Both the position numbers and the translations under genes were made by a program. Below are positions 11,340 to 20,803 of a stretch of 64,000 bases of DNA, one piece after another (the stretch's first letter is position 1; every line of letters starts with the position of its first letter). The stretch comes from an uncultured Rivularia sp. (lineage in GTDB: Bacteria > Cyanobacteriota > Cyanobacteriia > Cyanobacteriales > Nostocaceae). The stretch spans positions 3,584,001-3,648,000 of the forward strand of contig OY762007.1 in assembly GCA_963665115.1 (NCBI GenBank). The letters run 5' to 3'. The notes beneath the pieces are model-generated. The model did no database searches. It saw only the letters and a program-made list of their open reading frames with translations, and had not been told where the DNA came from.

Positions 11340-11807
11340 TAGCAGCCAAGGAGATTAAAGGGAGGGCAGGAAGTAGATTATTGGGGGTAAACATAGTTCT
11401 TAGTCGTGAAGCTGCTTTTTGAACAAAAAAATCTACAAATTATTCAAAGTTACAAATTATTAATCATTAGTCATTTACTGACTATTTCTATTTACAAAAT
11501 AAGACAATGTTAAGTAGGTTGGCGTTGAAAATTGTAATTAGGACAAGGGAATGGGGAATAGGAATAAGGGTTTTTACTCAATTTACTTTTTGTTATATAG
11601 CTGAGTTTATTTGTGCCGACTTACTTAGTTTATATTGCTATTGTGAAAATGTATAAAGAGCGTCTTTATTCATAGTTTTATTTGATAAATTTTTATTTAT
11701 TGCCCGATAATTGATGATTGTTATAACTTATTATAGATAATACTTCTTGTTTTACCGATAAATAAGAAAAAACAAGCAACAATAGCTATATAAACTTAAT
11801 AAATATA

Positions 11808-11912
11808 TAGGACTTACGCACTTAAATATTTAAAATTGCTGTAATTCGCTGTTCCCCGTTCCCTTTTTCCTGTAGCCCAAAACCTCGATTCTTGGTTTCA
11901 CTGCGTAAGTCC
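11808..11912. mobile_element. MITE with AGGACTTACGCA...TGCGTAAGTCCT termini
   Basis: Perfect 12-bp terminal inverted repeat; AATATAT on both flanks (possible TSD). Confidence 0.7.
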
Positions 11913-11996
11913 TAATATATTTCTTTGAAAATTGTGAATTAGCAATGCCCAATTCCCAATGCTCAATTCCCAATTTCTAATCTACTATTTCGCAAT

Positions 11997-14594
11997 ATGT
12001 TTCTCAATAAATACTTTCGTAATTTTTGGCAGCCTAGAAAAGGTTTAGCAATTGCAGAAGCTTGCGTTATAGGAGTAGTTGCGGCTTTATCGGCGATATT
12101 CCTGAGAGCTAGTTCGGGATGGTTAGGAACGTTTCGAGTCAGCACTTCCTACGCAATACCGGCGTTTTTAGCTTTACCTTTGATTGGTGCTAGCTTTGGT
12201 TTTGTCGCTGGTTTTTTGGTCGATAGGTTTGCACCAGAGGCTTCTGGTAGCGGTGTTCCTCAAGTAAAGGCATCTCTGGCTAATATTCCCATCAGATTAT
12301 CTTGGCGGGTAGCGGCTGTAAAATTAGTTAGCGCTGTTTTGACATTGGGTTCGGGTATGACTTTGGGAAGACAGGGACCTACCGTTCATGTCGGTGCAGC
12401 TTTAGCCGCAGGAATGAGTCGGGTATTTCCAACTTCCCCAGACCACCGAAGACAAATGATCGCTGCGGGTGCCGGTGCGGGATTGGCAGCGGCTTTCAAT
12501 GCTCCAATTACGGGTATATTATTCGTTGTAGAAGAATTACTCCAAGATTTATCGGGATTGACTTTAGGAACTGCTATTATCGCTTCATTTATTGGTGGGG
12601 TAGTTTCGCGACTGTTAGGTGGTAGAAGTTTACAACTAAATTTAGAATTAATTGAATCAAAAAGCAGTTTTATAATTACAGAACTTCCTTTTTACCTGTT
12701 TTTAGGTATTTCAGCAGGTTTGCTCGCTGCATTATTCAGAAAAGGGTTACTTTTAAGCCTTAGCTATTATCGGAAACTGGGGGTAGGTTTACCCTTAAGA
12801 TTGGCTTTAGCTGGCTTGATTTCTGGTATTGCGATCGCGATGCTACCTGAAGAATTTCGCAATAATACTGGTTTGCGACTATTTATTATTGATGGTACAC
12901 CAAGCGTTTACCGAGTTGCGCTAATATTTGTAGCTCAATTTATTCTTACATTAGTAGCATTCGGATCGGGAGCGCCGGGAGGGTTATTCGCTCCCAGTCT
13001 TATTTTAGGTTCTTGTTTAGGATACTTGGTTGGCGTTGTCGAATTTAATATTTTGGGTGAAAGTTCGCCTAATACATACGCCTTGGTGGGAATGGGAGCA
13101 TTTTTTAGTGGTGTTTCTAAAGTACCCATCACCGCAATTATGATTATTTTTGAGATCACTACAGATTTCAATCTGGTGTTACCATTAATGATTGGTTCTG
13201 TAACGTCTTATCTAGTTGCCGATAAATTGATACCGGGTTCGCTGTATGCCAAACTTTTACAACTCAACGGTATTGATATTGATACTCAAACTTCTATCGA
13301 TGGCAGAATCACTCAATTAACCGCCAATGAAGTCATGCAGCGTCGAGTAGAAACCCTGCAATCTCAAATGACTGTAGATGAAGCTATACAAGCATTTTCT
13401 CACTCTACCCAAGGCGGTTTTCCTGTATTAGAAGATAATAAGCTAGTGGGAATTGTTACCCAAAGCGATTTGATGAAAATACGGGAAGGCAAGTTATCTA
13501 GAGATGCACCTGTAAAGGAAATTATGACATTGCATCCCGTAACTATTACTACCAAATATAATTTAAGCAACGTACTGTACTTATTAGATAGACATCAAAT
13601 TAGCCGCCTACCAGTTTTAGAAGGGCGTAGAGTCGTAGGAATGATTAGTCGGGGAGATATTATTCGAGCCGAAGCCAACTATCTTAATTGCAAAAGCTTT
13701 CCAAACCAGCCGAAAATCAAACCTTCCTACACCGTATATCAAACTCAGTCACCGAGTGTTGGGCGAGGAAGATTATTAGTTTTAGTAGCCAATCCCGAAA
13801 CCGCAGACACGCTGTTGCAGATGGCAGCACTAATCGCGAAATACAACCGCTACGAAATTGAATGTTTGCAGGTAATTACCATTTCTCGTCATAATAATCC
13901 AGTAGAAACTCCCGTGAAAACTTCACCAAGTCGGCAGCTGCTGTTATCTGCGGAAATTATGGGTAAAAAATGGAAAATCCCGGTGCATACGCAAATTAAA
14001 GTTGCTCATGAGGTCGCAAGTGCAACATTAGATGTAATCAAAGAGCGGCATATAGATACAGTTTTAATGGGGTGGAAAGGTAGTACAAATACTCCCGGCC
14101 GCATTTTTGGTCATGCTGTAGATACTATAATTCGTCAAGCTACCTGTGAGTTGCTGCTGGTAAGGCTGGGAAATTCTCCTAACCCCGTCAATTTTCACCG
14201 TTGTTTAGTCCCAATGGCTGGTGGCCCCAACTCAAAAATTGCCCTGAAATTACTACCACCTTTAGTTACTTTTAACAAAAAATTAGAAATTCGTCTGACA
14301 CAAGTTTTTTCTCCATCGAAAAGCCAAACGGATACCAAAGGATTGGAAGCAGCCAAGCGTCTGCTTGTTAATCGATACAAGCTATCTAATAAAGTAGAAG
14401 CGATTCCAATTGAAGCTGCTTCCGTATCTGAAGGAGTGATTAATTTAGTCAAAAGCGAAGGTTTCGATCTAGTCGTTCTGGGTGCTTCTCGTGAAGGAAT
14501 GTTACAGCAAGCTATTAACGGCAATATTCCAGAAGCAATTGCATCCGGCGTTGATTGTACTGTGATTTTAGTTCGGGGGATGAGTAGTGAGTAG
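11997..14594 (+). CDS. ClC chloride channel/transporter with CBS pair and USP-like domains
   Basis: GSGVPQ, GRQGPTVH, GGLFAP; CBS repeats; C-terminal LVPMAGGPNS and VVLGASREG. Confidence 0.92.
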   Translation: MFLNKYFRNFWQPRKGLAIAEACVIGVVAALSAIFLRASSGWLGTFRVSTSYAIPAFLALPLIGASFGFVAGFLVDRFAPEASGSGVPQVKASLANIPIRLSWRVAAVKLVSAVLTLGSGMTLGRQGPTVHVGAALAAGMSRVFPTSPDHRRQMIAAGAGAGLAAAFNAPITGILFVVEELLQDLSGLTLGTAIIASFIGGVVSRLLGGRSLQLNLELIESKSSFIITELPFYLFLGISAGLLAALFRKGLLLSLSYYRKLGVGLPLRLALAGLISGIAIAMLPEEFRNNTGLRLFIIDGTPSVYRVALIFVAQFILTLVAFGSGAPGGLFAPSLILGSCLGYLVGVVEFNILGESSPNTYALVGMGAFFSGVSKVPITAIMIIFEITTDFNLVLPLMIGSVTSYLVADKLIPGSLYAKLLQLNGIDIDTQTSIDGRITQLTANEVMQRRVETLQSQMTVDEAIQAFSHSTQGGFPVLEDNKLVGIVTQSDLMKIREGKLSRDAPVKEIMTLHPVTITTKYNLSNVLYLLDRHQISRLPVLEGRRVVGMISRGDIIRAEANYLNCKSFPNQPKIKPSYTVYQTQSPSVGRGRLLVLVANPETADTLLQMAALIAKYNRYEIECLQVITISRHNNPVETPVKTSPSRQLLLSAEIMGKKWKIPVHTQIKVAHEVASATLDVIKERHIDTVLMGWKGSTNTPGRIFGHAVDTIIRQATCELLLVRLGNSPNPVNFHRCLVPMAGGPNSKIALKLLPPLVTFNKKLEIRLTQVFSPSKSQTDTKGLEAAKRLLVNRYKLSNKVEAIPIEAASVSEGVINLVKSEGFDLVVLGASREGMLQQAINGNIPEAIASGVDCTVILVRGMSSE

Positions 14595-14827
14595 GGAACA
14601 GCAATCAGTTAGCAATTATCAATTTAAGAGTTTGCCCTCTAGTTGCCTATGTGACAGAGCTTTCGGATTTCGAGATGATATTCTGATAGGAAATTATTTA
14701 AAATAAGTATTAAAACTTGCATTTGTGCATAAGTTAAAATTGGAATTCACTATTCTAATATGGTAGCTAAATAATACTGCTATTCTGGAAACATTAAGCA
14801 GATTTAAACCTGTTGTCGCGAATCCGC

Positions 14828-15802
14828 ATGAACAAACGTGAAGAATTGCAAAAACTCGTCGATTTTCTAGAGGAGAAGATATTGCACTTACGGATGGCTA
14901 AGGTTACTGAAACCGATGCTTTAGCTATATTTAAAGCGGAAAAGCAGATTGAGGAAGCAGAAGCGGAACGGGATAGCATTAAACAAGAGATTGAAAATCA
15001 AAACACTTCAGCGAATAGTCGCAATTTATACAATGCTTTATTAAAACTTGGCTATCGCGAACAAGTACTGTTGTTCATAAAATTTCTCAAAAAACAATCC
15101 ATAGCAACATTTCTGCTCCACGGCTCACCAGATTATGGACAGCGTTGGTTACTGAATCGATTAATTACTCAACATATTCACCATGGTGCTACGGGTAAGT
15201 TGGTGCGAGTTCAACTCAACCGCATCGCACGCAGAAGCGATATTACTGCTTTATGGCGAGAATTAGGAGGTAGAGTGGGTTCAATTGGAACAAAACCTAC
15301 ACCCTCAGAGGTTGTTGAGCAAGTTTATAGGTGGTGGCAAACTCAAAATGTGATTTTGGTGTTTCACGATGTCGATTGTATGCCGCAGGAGTATTTACAG
15401 GAATTAATTCAGGAGTTTTGGCTACCATTGGCAAATCAAGCACGAAAGGTTGTTTCTGAATACCAGCTACTGATGTTTTTGGTAGATTATGAAGGTTTTA
15501 TTGGTACCCAGAACACCTTGTTTGTGGAAAAATTAGAACCTACTTGGGAACCGAAAATTCCGATTAAATTACCATCGATTACTCAATTTTGCGATCGCAC
15601 TTTAAATGAGTGGATTGAGACGGTAGAAATTGAATTTGATACCTTGCCTCTTATAGAAGCGATCAATAATACTGAAGATCAATTAGTCAAGGAAATATTA
15701 GACAATAGTGAAAATGGTGTTCCAGAACTAGCAATGTTAGAAATTTGTCACCTATGTGGCTGTAATTGGTATGAAGAGAAAGACAGATGGCTCAAACACT
15801 GA
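14828..15802 (+). CDS. Helical effector-associated domain (EAD9-like) fused to inactive STAND-like NTPase
   Basis: N-terminal ~55 aa match the N-terminus of 20804-21598; degenerate Walker A (LHGSPDYGQR), Walker B-like VILVFHDVD; overlaps the MoxR gene. Confidence 0.72.
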   Translation: MNKREELQKLVDFLEEKILHLRMAKVTETDALAIFKAEKQIEEAEAERDSIKQEIENQNTSANSRNLYNALLKLGYREQVLLFIKFLKKQSIATFLLHGSPDYGQRWLLNRLITQHIHHGATGKLVRVQLNRIARRSDITALWRELGGRVGSIGTKPTPSEVVEQVYRWWQTQNVILVFHDVDCMPQEYLQELIQEFWLPLANQARKVVSEYQLLMFLVDYEGFIGTQNTLFVEKLEPTWEPKIPIKLPSITQFCDRTLNEWIETVEIEFDTLPLIEAINNTEDQLVKEILDNSENGVPELAMLEICHLCGCNWYEEKDRWLKH

Positions 15803-16713
15803 GTAACAATCAACTTGAATATACAGGCAAAGTGCAGCCCCAGTGGGGTGAACGAGATGGCAACGGACAATTATTATATCCTTATTTACCTTATGAGGAA
15901 CTCGTAGAAGCTGTAAACTTGGCTATCTATTTAGAAAGACCACTTTTACTCAAAGGGGAACCCGGATGTGGTAAAACTCGTTTGGCTACTGCTGTGGCTT
16001 ATGAATTGGGTTTACCACTTGAGGCTTGGTATATCAAATCTACCACTCAAGCAAAAGATGGTTTGTATAACTATGATGCGGTGACTCGCTTGCGAGATGC
16101 CCAACTTGCTGCCGCAGGTAGAATAATTAAAGATGAGGATATTCCCCGGATTAGCGATTCCGCTACATACGTGAAATGGGGGCCATTAGGACGTGCTTTT
16201 CAGAACAGCCAGCGCACGGTGGTATTGATTGATGAAATTGATAAGGCTGACATTGACTTTCCGAATGATTTGTTATTGGAACTCGATCAACAAAAGTTTA
16301 TTGTTGATGAAACAGGAGAAGAAATTACAGCTAAGGCAGCACCAATAGTTTTTATTACCAGTAACGATGAAAAAGATTTACCAGATGCTTTTTTAAGAAG
16401 GTGTTTGTTTCACTACGTAGAATTTCCCACTCCCGAACGGTTAATAGAAATTATTAATTCTCATTTTCCCAATTCTCAGCAGCAGTTAGTAGCTAAAGCC
16501 GTAATTCGGTTTTTGAAGTTGCGGGATGAAATGGGGAAAGATAAGGGGGAAGCGGGGAAGAAGGTTAGTACCAGTGAATTAATTGATTGGTTTCGGGTTT
16601 TAAAACGGTATCCAGAAGACGAGGTTTTGAAGAAACTTGAAGGGAAATTACCTTATGCTGGGGTGTTGTTGAAGAGTTGGCAAGACCATGTACGGTATTT
16701 GAGGAAATCTTAA
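15787..16713 (+). CDS. MoxR family AAA+ ATPase
   Basis: GEPGCGKT, VVLIDEIDKA, ITSN, LPDAFLRRC. Confidence 0.93.
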   Translation: MAQTLSNNQLEYTGKVQPQWGERDGNGQLLYPYLPYEELVEAVNLAIYLERPLLLKGEPGCGKTRLATAVAYELGLPLEAWYIKSTTQAKDGLYNYDAVTRLRDAQLAAAGRIIKDEDIPRISDSATYVKWGPLGRAFQNSQRTVVLIDEIDKADIDFPNDLLLELDQQKFIVDETGEEITAKAAPIVFITSNDEKDLPDAFLRRCLFHYVEFPTPERLIEIINSHFPNSQQQLVAKAVIRFLKLRDEMGKDKGEAGKKVSTSELIDWFRVLKRYPEDEVLKKLEGKLPYAGVLLKSWQDHVRYLRKS

Positions 16714-16725
16714 ATGATGCCTTGT

Positions 16726-16800
16726 TCGTCATTGCGAGTAGAACGAAGTGAAACGAAGCAATCCCAGCCCTTGCGATTGCTTCGCACAGCGAACAATGAA
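16726..16800. repeat. Palindromic CGTCATTGCGAG...GAAGCAATC...GATTGCTTCG element
   Basis: Inner inverted repeat CGAAGCAATC/GATTGCTTCG; lies between MoxR and vWA genes. Confidence 0.6.
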
Positions 16801-16874
16801 ATATACATATTGTGTGTAATTTACCAGATGCCATATGAGTGGCTGTGGAAATTGGTGGAGGAAGTGTAAGAGTT

Positions 16875-18230
16875 ATGAACACAAACGAACTGCCCCTCCA
16901 AGAACTCTTCACCAAATTAAGGGAAGCAGGTTTACCGCTCGGGATTGATGAGTATCAGTTAGTTTTGCGATCTTTGCAAGCAGGGTTTGGTGTTGCTGAC
17001 AAAGCTGCTTTGAAACGTTTGTGTCAAACTTTATGGGCTAAATCTGCTGAGGAAAAGTCTATCTTGGATTATCACTTTGAACAAGTGATGGTTAACGATG
17101 CAGCTGGGGTTGCATCAGAAACAGATAATCAAACTATTAATAAATTTCGTATTGTTCCTCTGGTAATTTTGGGAATATTAGCAGGTGGAATTATTTTTGG
17201 TGTTAGAGTCAGCCACAAACCACGAACTACACAAACAATCTCAACACCAACCCCAATAGCAACGGCAACTCCGGAACCACAACCACCCCAACAACCAGCA
17301 ACCGAGCCAGATCTAGCGAACACACAGCCAGAACAACCAACTCAGCCGGTAGAACCTATTCCTCGCACAATGCAGCCAAATTTTGCGATTTGGATGATTC
17401 TATTCCTTACAGCTACAACTTGTGAATATTTAGTTTATCGCTGGATAACTCATTGGTTGTCTAAACGCAAGCCTAAACCAAATTCTTCTGCTTCTGCTCC
17501 ACCAGAAACCAGTAAAGATGAGGTACAAGTAGTAAAATCAGTATTGCAAGGTAGCAGTAAACATTGGAGTAGTGAATTCTTTCCTGTTACCCAACGGCAA
17601 ATGAAACAGATGTGGCGTTATTTACGCCGTCCTGTACGTGAGGGGAAAGCTACGGAGTTGGATGTGGAGGCAACGGTTAACCACATTGGACATGAGGGTA
17701 TGTTGCTCGAACCTGTGTTGATTCCACCCAGGGTAAACCGGGCAGAATTACTGTTACTAATTGACCAAGACGGTTCTATGGTACCTTTCCATGCTTTATC
17801 ACAAAGATTAGCAGAAACTGCCTTACGAGGAGGTCGTTTGGGCAGAACTGGTATTTATTACTTTCACAATTGCCCTGTTGAATATCTGTACCGCGATTCC
17901 TATCATCAGCAAGGGGAATTAGTCAGCTATATTCTTAATCATGTTTGCTCTGGACGCACGGCTGTGTTAATTTTTAGCGATGCTGGTGCTGCTCGCGGTG
18001 ACAATAGCCAGGAGCGTTACCAATTAACTCAAGAATTTCTTACCAATTTAAAACAACGGGTACGTTACATTGCTTGGCTCAATCCCCTGCCAAAAAACCG
18101 TTGGTTTGGCACTACAGCAGGTGAAATATCTAGCCTTGTCCCGATGTTTGAAGTCAGTCGAACGGGTTTGCAGGATGCTATTAGTATACTCAGCGGACGC
18201 TCTACAAATTTTGAGGGGCACAGGAAATGA
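16875..18230 (+). CDS. MoxR-associated vWA protein with two TM segments and a Pro/Thr-rich loop
   Basis: LDVEATV, LLLLIDQDGSM (MIDAS-like), IFSDAGA, WLNPLP. Confidence 0.85.
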   Translation: MNTNELPLQELFTKLREAGLPLGIDEYQLVLRSLQAGFGVADKAALKRLCQTLWAKSAEEKSILDYHFEQVMVNDAAGVASETDNQTINKFRIVPLVILGILAGGIIFGVRVSHKPRTTQTISTPTPIATATPEPQPPQQPATEPDLANTQPEQPTQPVEPIPRTMQPNFAIWMILFLTATTCEYLVYRWITHWLSKRKPKPNSSASAPPETSKDEVQVVKSVLQGSSKHWSSEFFPVTQRQMKQMWRYLRRPVREGKATELDVEATVNHIGHEGMLLEPVLIPPRVNRAELLLLIDQDGSMVPFHALSQRLAETALRGGRLGRTGIYYFHNCPVEYLYRDSYHQQGELVSYILNHVCSGRTAVLIFSDAGAARGDNSQERYQLTQEFLTNLKQRVRYIAWLNPLPKNRWFGTTAGEISSLVPMFEVSRTGLQDAISILSGRSTNFEGHRK

Positions 18231-19930
18231 GCAGAATCAAACCCGAAGTTGCCCAACGACGCATCAAATCTTTTACCAAGCGCTTTGGAGAAGCACATCT
18301 GTATTTGGCTTATCATGCTGCTTTTCCTTTAGCACTAACACCGGATTTGTTATATGGTTTGTGGATTAATTCCCAAAAAGATATCCACGGAGAAGTTTTG
18401 GATATTCCTTGGATAGCTGTAGCGGATTTGTTACTTTCTGGTTTGTGCGATGAAGTGGGACATGAACTTTATGAGATGGATTTAGCTGTACGAAATCAAT
18501 TGCTAAAGCAATTACACTCAGATGCACGCTTCGGCAAACAGCGAATCGATCAACTTTCAGATTTCTTGCTCAAATATGTCCACCATCAGCTTCAGAGTCA
18601 CGATCCAGATATTCGAGATTTTGCCAAAACTCAGCAGTGGATAGCTTTAGCATATACCCAACCCAGTCAAGCCGCTCGCGAACTAGCATTGGCATTCTCG
18701 CAATTAGATGAGCAGGATAAAGCGGAATTGCTGCGAATGGCTTCATTAACAGAAACATTTGCCGAACCATTGAGTGATTTTCAACCGCTATTAATTTACG
18801 CTCGCGGTATGGGTAAGTTTGCTCGCGGTGATTTGTCAGCGGCAAAAGCTGAGATTAGACAAGCTCTCAAAAAAAGCAACAACATACAGATTGCCGATAT
18901 CAATTTACCTATCCCCGAACCAATAAAGCCCCCCTTTTTAAGGGGGATATCTCGCAGACAACTTCTCAAATGGACTGGCTTTGGAGGAGTCGGTTTGGTG
19001 ACAGCATTAGTCACCCGCGAATTATCTCAAACTTTACAATTACAAACCTTTGATTTTGTAACCGTTACCGTAAATGCCCAAGGAAATATCATCAACCGTC
19101 GCAACGGTGAAGCGAAATATTTTGTGGAAGACTTAGGGAACAATCTACCTTTGGAAATGGTACGGATTCCGGGGGGAACTTTCAAAATGGGTTCCCCAGC
19201 AGATGAAGCCCAGAGAGTTGACAGTGAAAGCCCGCAGCATCAAGTTACGGTTCCAGAGTTTTTTATGGGAAAGTATGCAGTTACTCAAGCTCAGTATCAA
19301 GCAATTATGGGTGAAAATCCTTCAAGATTCAAAGGCGAAAATCGACCTGTGGAAACAGTATCTTGGAATCAAGCAGTGGAATTTTGCAAAAAGCTGAGCG
19401 AACAAACCGGACGTATTTATCGTTTACCCAGCGAAGCTGAATGGGAATATGCCTGTCGGGCTGGGACTACTACACCTTTCCATTTTGGTGAGACTATTAC
19501 GACTGAGTTAGTTAATTACAACGGGAATTATACATATGCTTCTGCACCAAAAGGTGAATATCGCCAACAAACAACAGATGTCGAAAGTTTTTTTCCTAAT
19601 TTGTTTGGTTTATATCAAATGCATGGTAATATATTGGAGTGGTGTTTAGACACCTGGCATGACAACTATCAAGATGCGCCCTCAGATGGCAGTGCTTGGA
19701 TCGGTAGCAATAAAGAGAACCGTTCTTTAAATTGGAAAGAACTTGAGCGGTTATATATTAATTTAGATAATAATGGTAATTTTCCGATGCTGCGCGGTGG
19801 TTCTTGGTTCTACGGTCCGAGGGGTTGCCGGTCGGCGTTTCGTTTAGGGGACGAGCCGGTCAACCGCGACGGCGACTCCGGGTTTCGGGTTGTGGTTTCG
19901 GGTGCGAGGACTCTTTTCTCTTCACTTTAG
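18227..19930 (+). CDS. Helical N-domain plus FGE-sulfatase (CLec-fold) domain; likely DGR target
   Basis: ATGA overlap with vWA gene; IPGGTFKMGS, RLPSEAEWEYACRAG, MHGNILEWC, LRGGSW...GFRVV. Confidence 0.9.
   Translation: MSRIKPEVAQRRIKSFTKRFGEAHLYLAYHAAFPLALTPDLLYGLWINSQKDIHGEVLDIPWIAVADLLLSGLCDEVGHELYEMDLAVRNQLLKQLHSDARFGKQRIDQLSDFLLKYVHHQLQSHDPDIRDFAKTQQWIALAYTQPSQAARELALAFSQLDEQDKAELLRMASLTETFAEPLSDFQPLLIYARGMGKFARGDLSAAKAEIRQALKKSNNIQIADINLPIPEPIKPPFLRGISRRQLLKWTGFGGVGLVTALVTRELSQTLQLQTFDFVTVTVNAQGNIINRRNGEAKYFVEDLGNNLPLEMVRIPGGTFKMGSPADEAQRVDSESPQHQVTVPEFFMGKYAVTQAQYQAIMGENPSRFKGENRPVETVSWNQAVEFCKKLSEQTGRIYRLPSEAEWEYACRAGTTTPFHFGETITTELVNYNGNYTYASAPKGEYRQQTTDVESFFPNLFGLYQMHGNILEWCLDTWHDNYQDAPSDGSAWIGSNKENRSLNWKELERLYINLDNNGNFPMLRGGSWFYGPRGCRSAFRLGDEPVNRDGDSGFRVVVSGARTLFSSL
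19787..19915 (+). other. Putative DGR variable region (VR)
   Basis: Abrupt GC-rich, A-poor segment coding the CLec ligand-binding end; NNC/NNT codons where templates normally have AAC. Confidence 0.65.
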
Positions 19931-19970
19931 CCCTTTTGCACTTTTCACTCTTTTTTCTTTATCCTAATCC

Positions 19971-19983
19971 CCGCCGAAGGCGG
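19971..19983. promoter_or_regulatory. CCGCC-GAA-GGCGG hairpin, candidate DGR target-recognition stem-loop or terminator
   Basis: Perfect 5-bp GC stem 40 nt after the stop codon, T-rich tract downstream. Confidence 0.55.
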
Positions 19984-20119
19984 TAATTTTTTTAGGTATT
20001 TAATTTTTTAATTTTTAGTTAGTCTTAAATCTGGCATGACTTAGTATTTTTATTATTTCAGTAAGTCTGGTGTTTTGTAGACGCTACAATAAATCCATAA
20101 AACCTTCCCAGCCTTAACC

Positions 20120-20779
20120 ATGTCCCTCGCCAAAGAAGTAGAAACAACCCAATTGTGCCCAGAAGATGATATTTTTCCTATAGGCGATCTATACAGCGAC
20201 GAACCTCCCTTGGAAACTGAACTGCATCTAGAGCAAATAATGCTCTTAATTAAATGTCTAAAATGGTTGTGGCGAGACAGAAACGATTTTTACGCTGCGG
20301 GAAATTTAACAATTTATTATAGCCAGAATAAACGTAAAACCGAAGACTTCCGGGGACCAGATTTTTTTGTGGTGCGAGATACAGAACGCAAACTCCGTAA
20401 AAGCTGGGTAGTGTGGGAAGAAGATGGTAAATATCCCCATGTAATTGTAGAAATTCTTTCCGAATCAACAGCGAATACAGATAAAGAAGCAAAGAAAAAA
20501 CTTTACCAAAATACCTTCCGCACACCCGACTATTTTTGGTTCGATCCATATACTCTAGAATTCGCAGGATTTCATTTAGTAGATGGTGAATACGAACCAT
20601 TAGAACCTAACGAACAAGGACATTTGTGGAGTAAACAGTTAGGGCTGTATCTAGGTATTCATGAAGGGCTATTGCGATATTTTACTCAAGAAGGAAAATT
20701 GGTTCCCACACCAGAAGAACAAGCAGAAAAATTAGCTGCAAAGTTGCGAGAATTAAATATTGACCCTGATAGTATTTAG
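20120..20779 (+). CDS. Uma2 family endonuclease
   Basis: SDEPPLET, FRGPDFFVV, VEILSEST, YFWFDP. Confidence 0.9.
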   Translation: MSLAKEVETTQLCPEDDIFPIGDLYSDEPPLETELHLEQIMLLIKCLKWLWRDRNDFYAAGNLTIYYSQNKRKTEDFRGPDFFVVRDTERKLRKSWVVWEEDGKYPHVIVEILSESTANTDKEAKKKLYQNTFRTPDYFWFDPYTLEFAGFHLVDGEYEPLEPNEQGHLWSKQLGLYLGIHEGLLRYFTQEGKLVPTPEEQAEKLAAKLRELNIDPDSI

Positions 20780-20803
20780 AGATTGGCAATAAAAAATTAA
20801 CCG

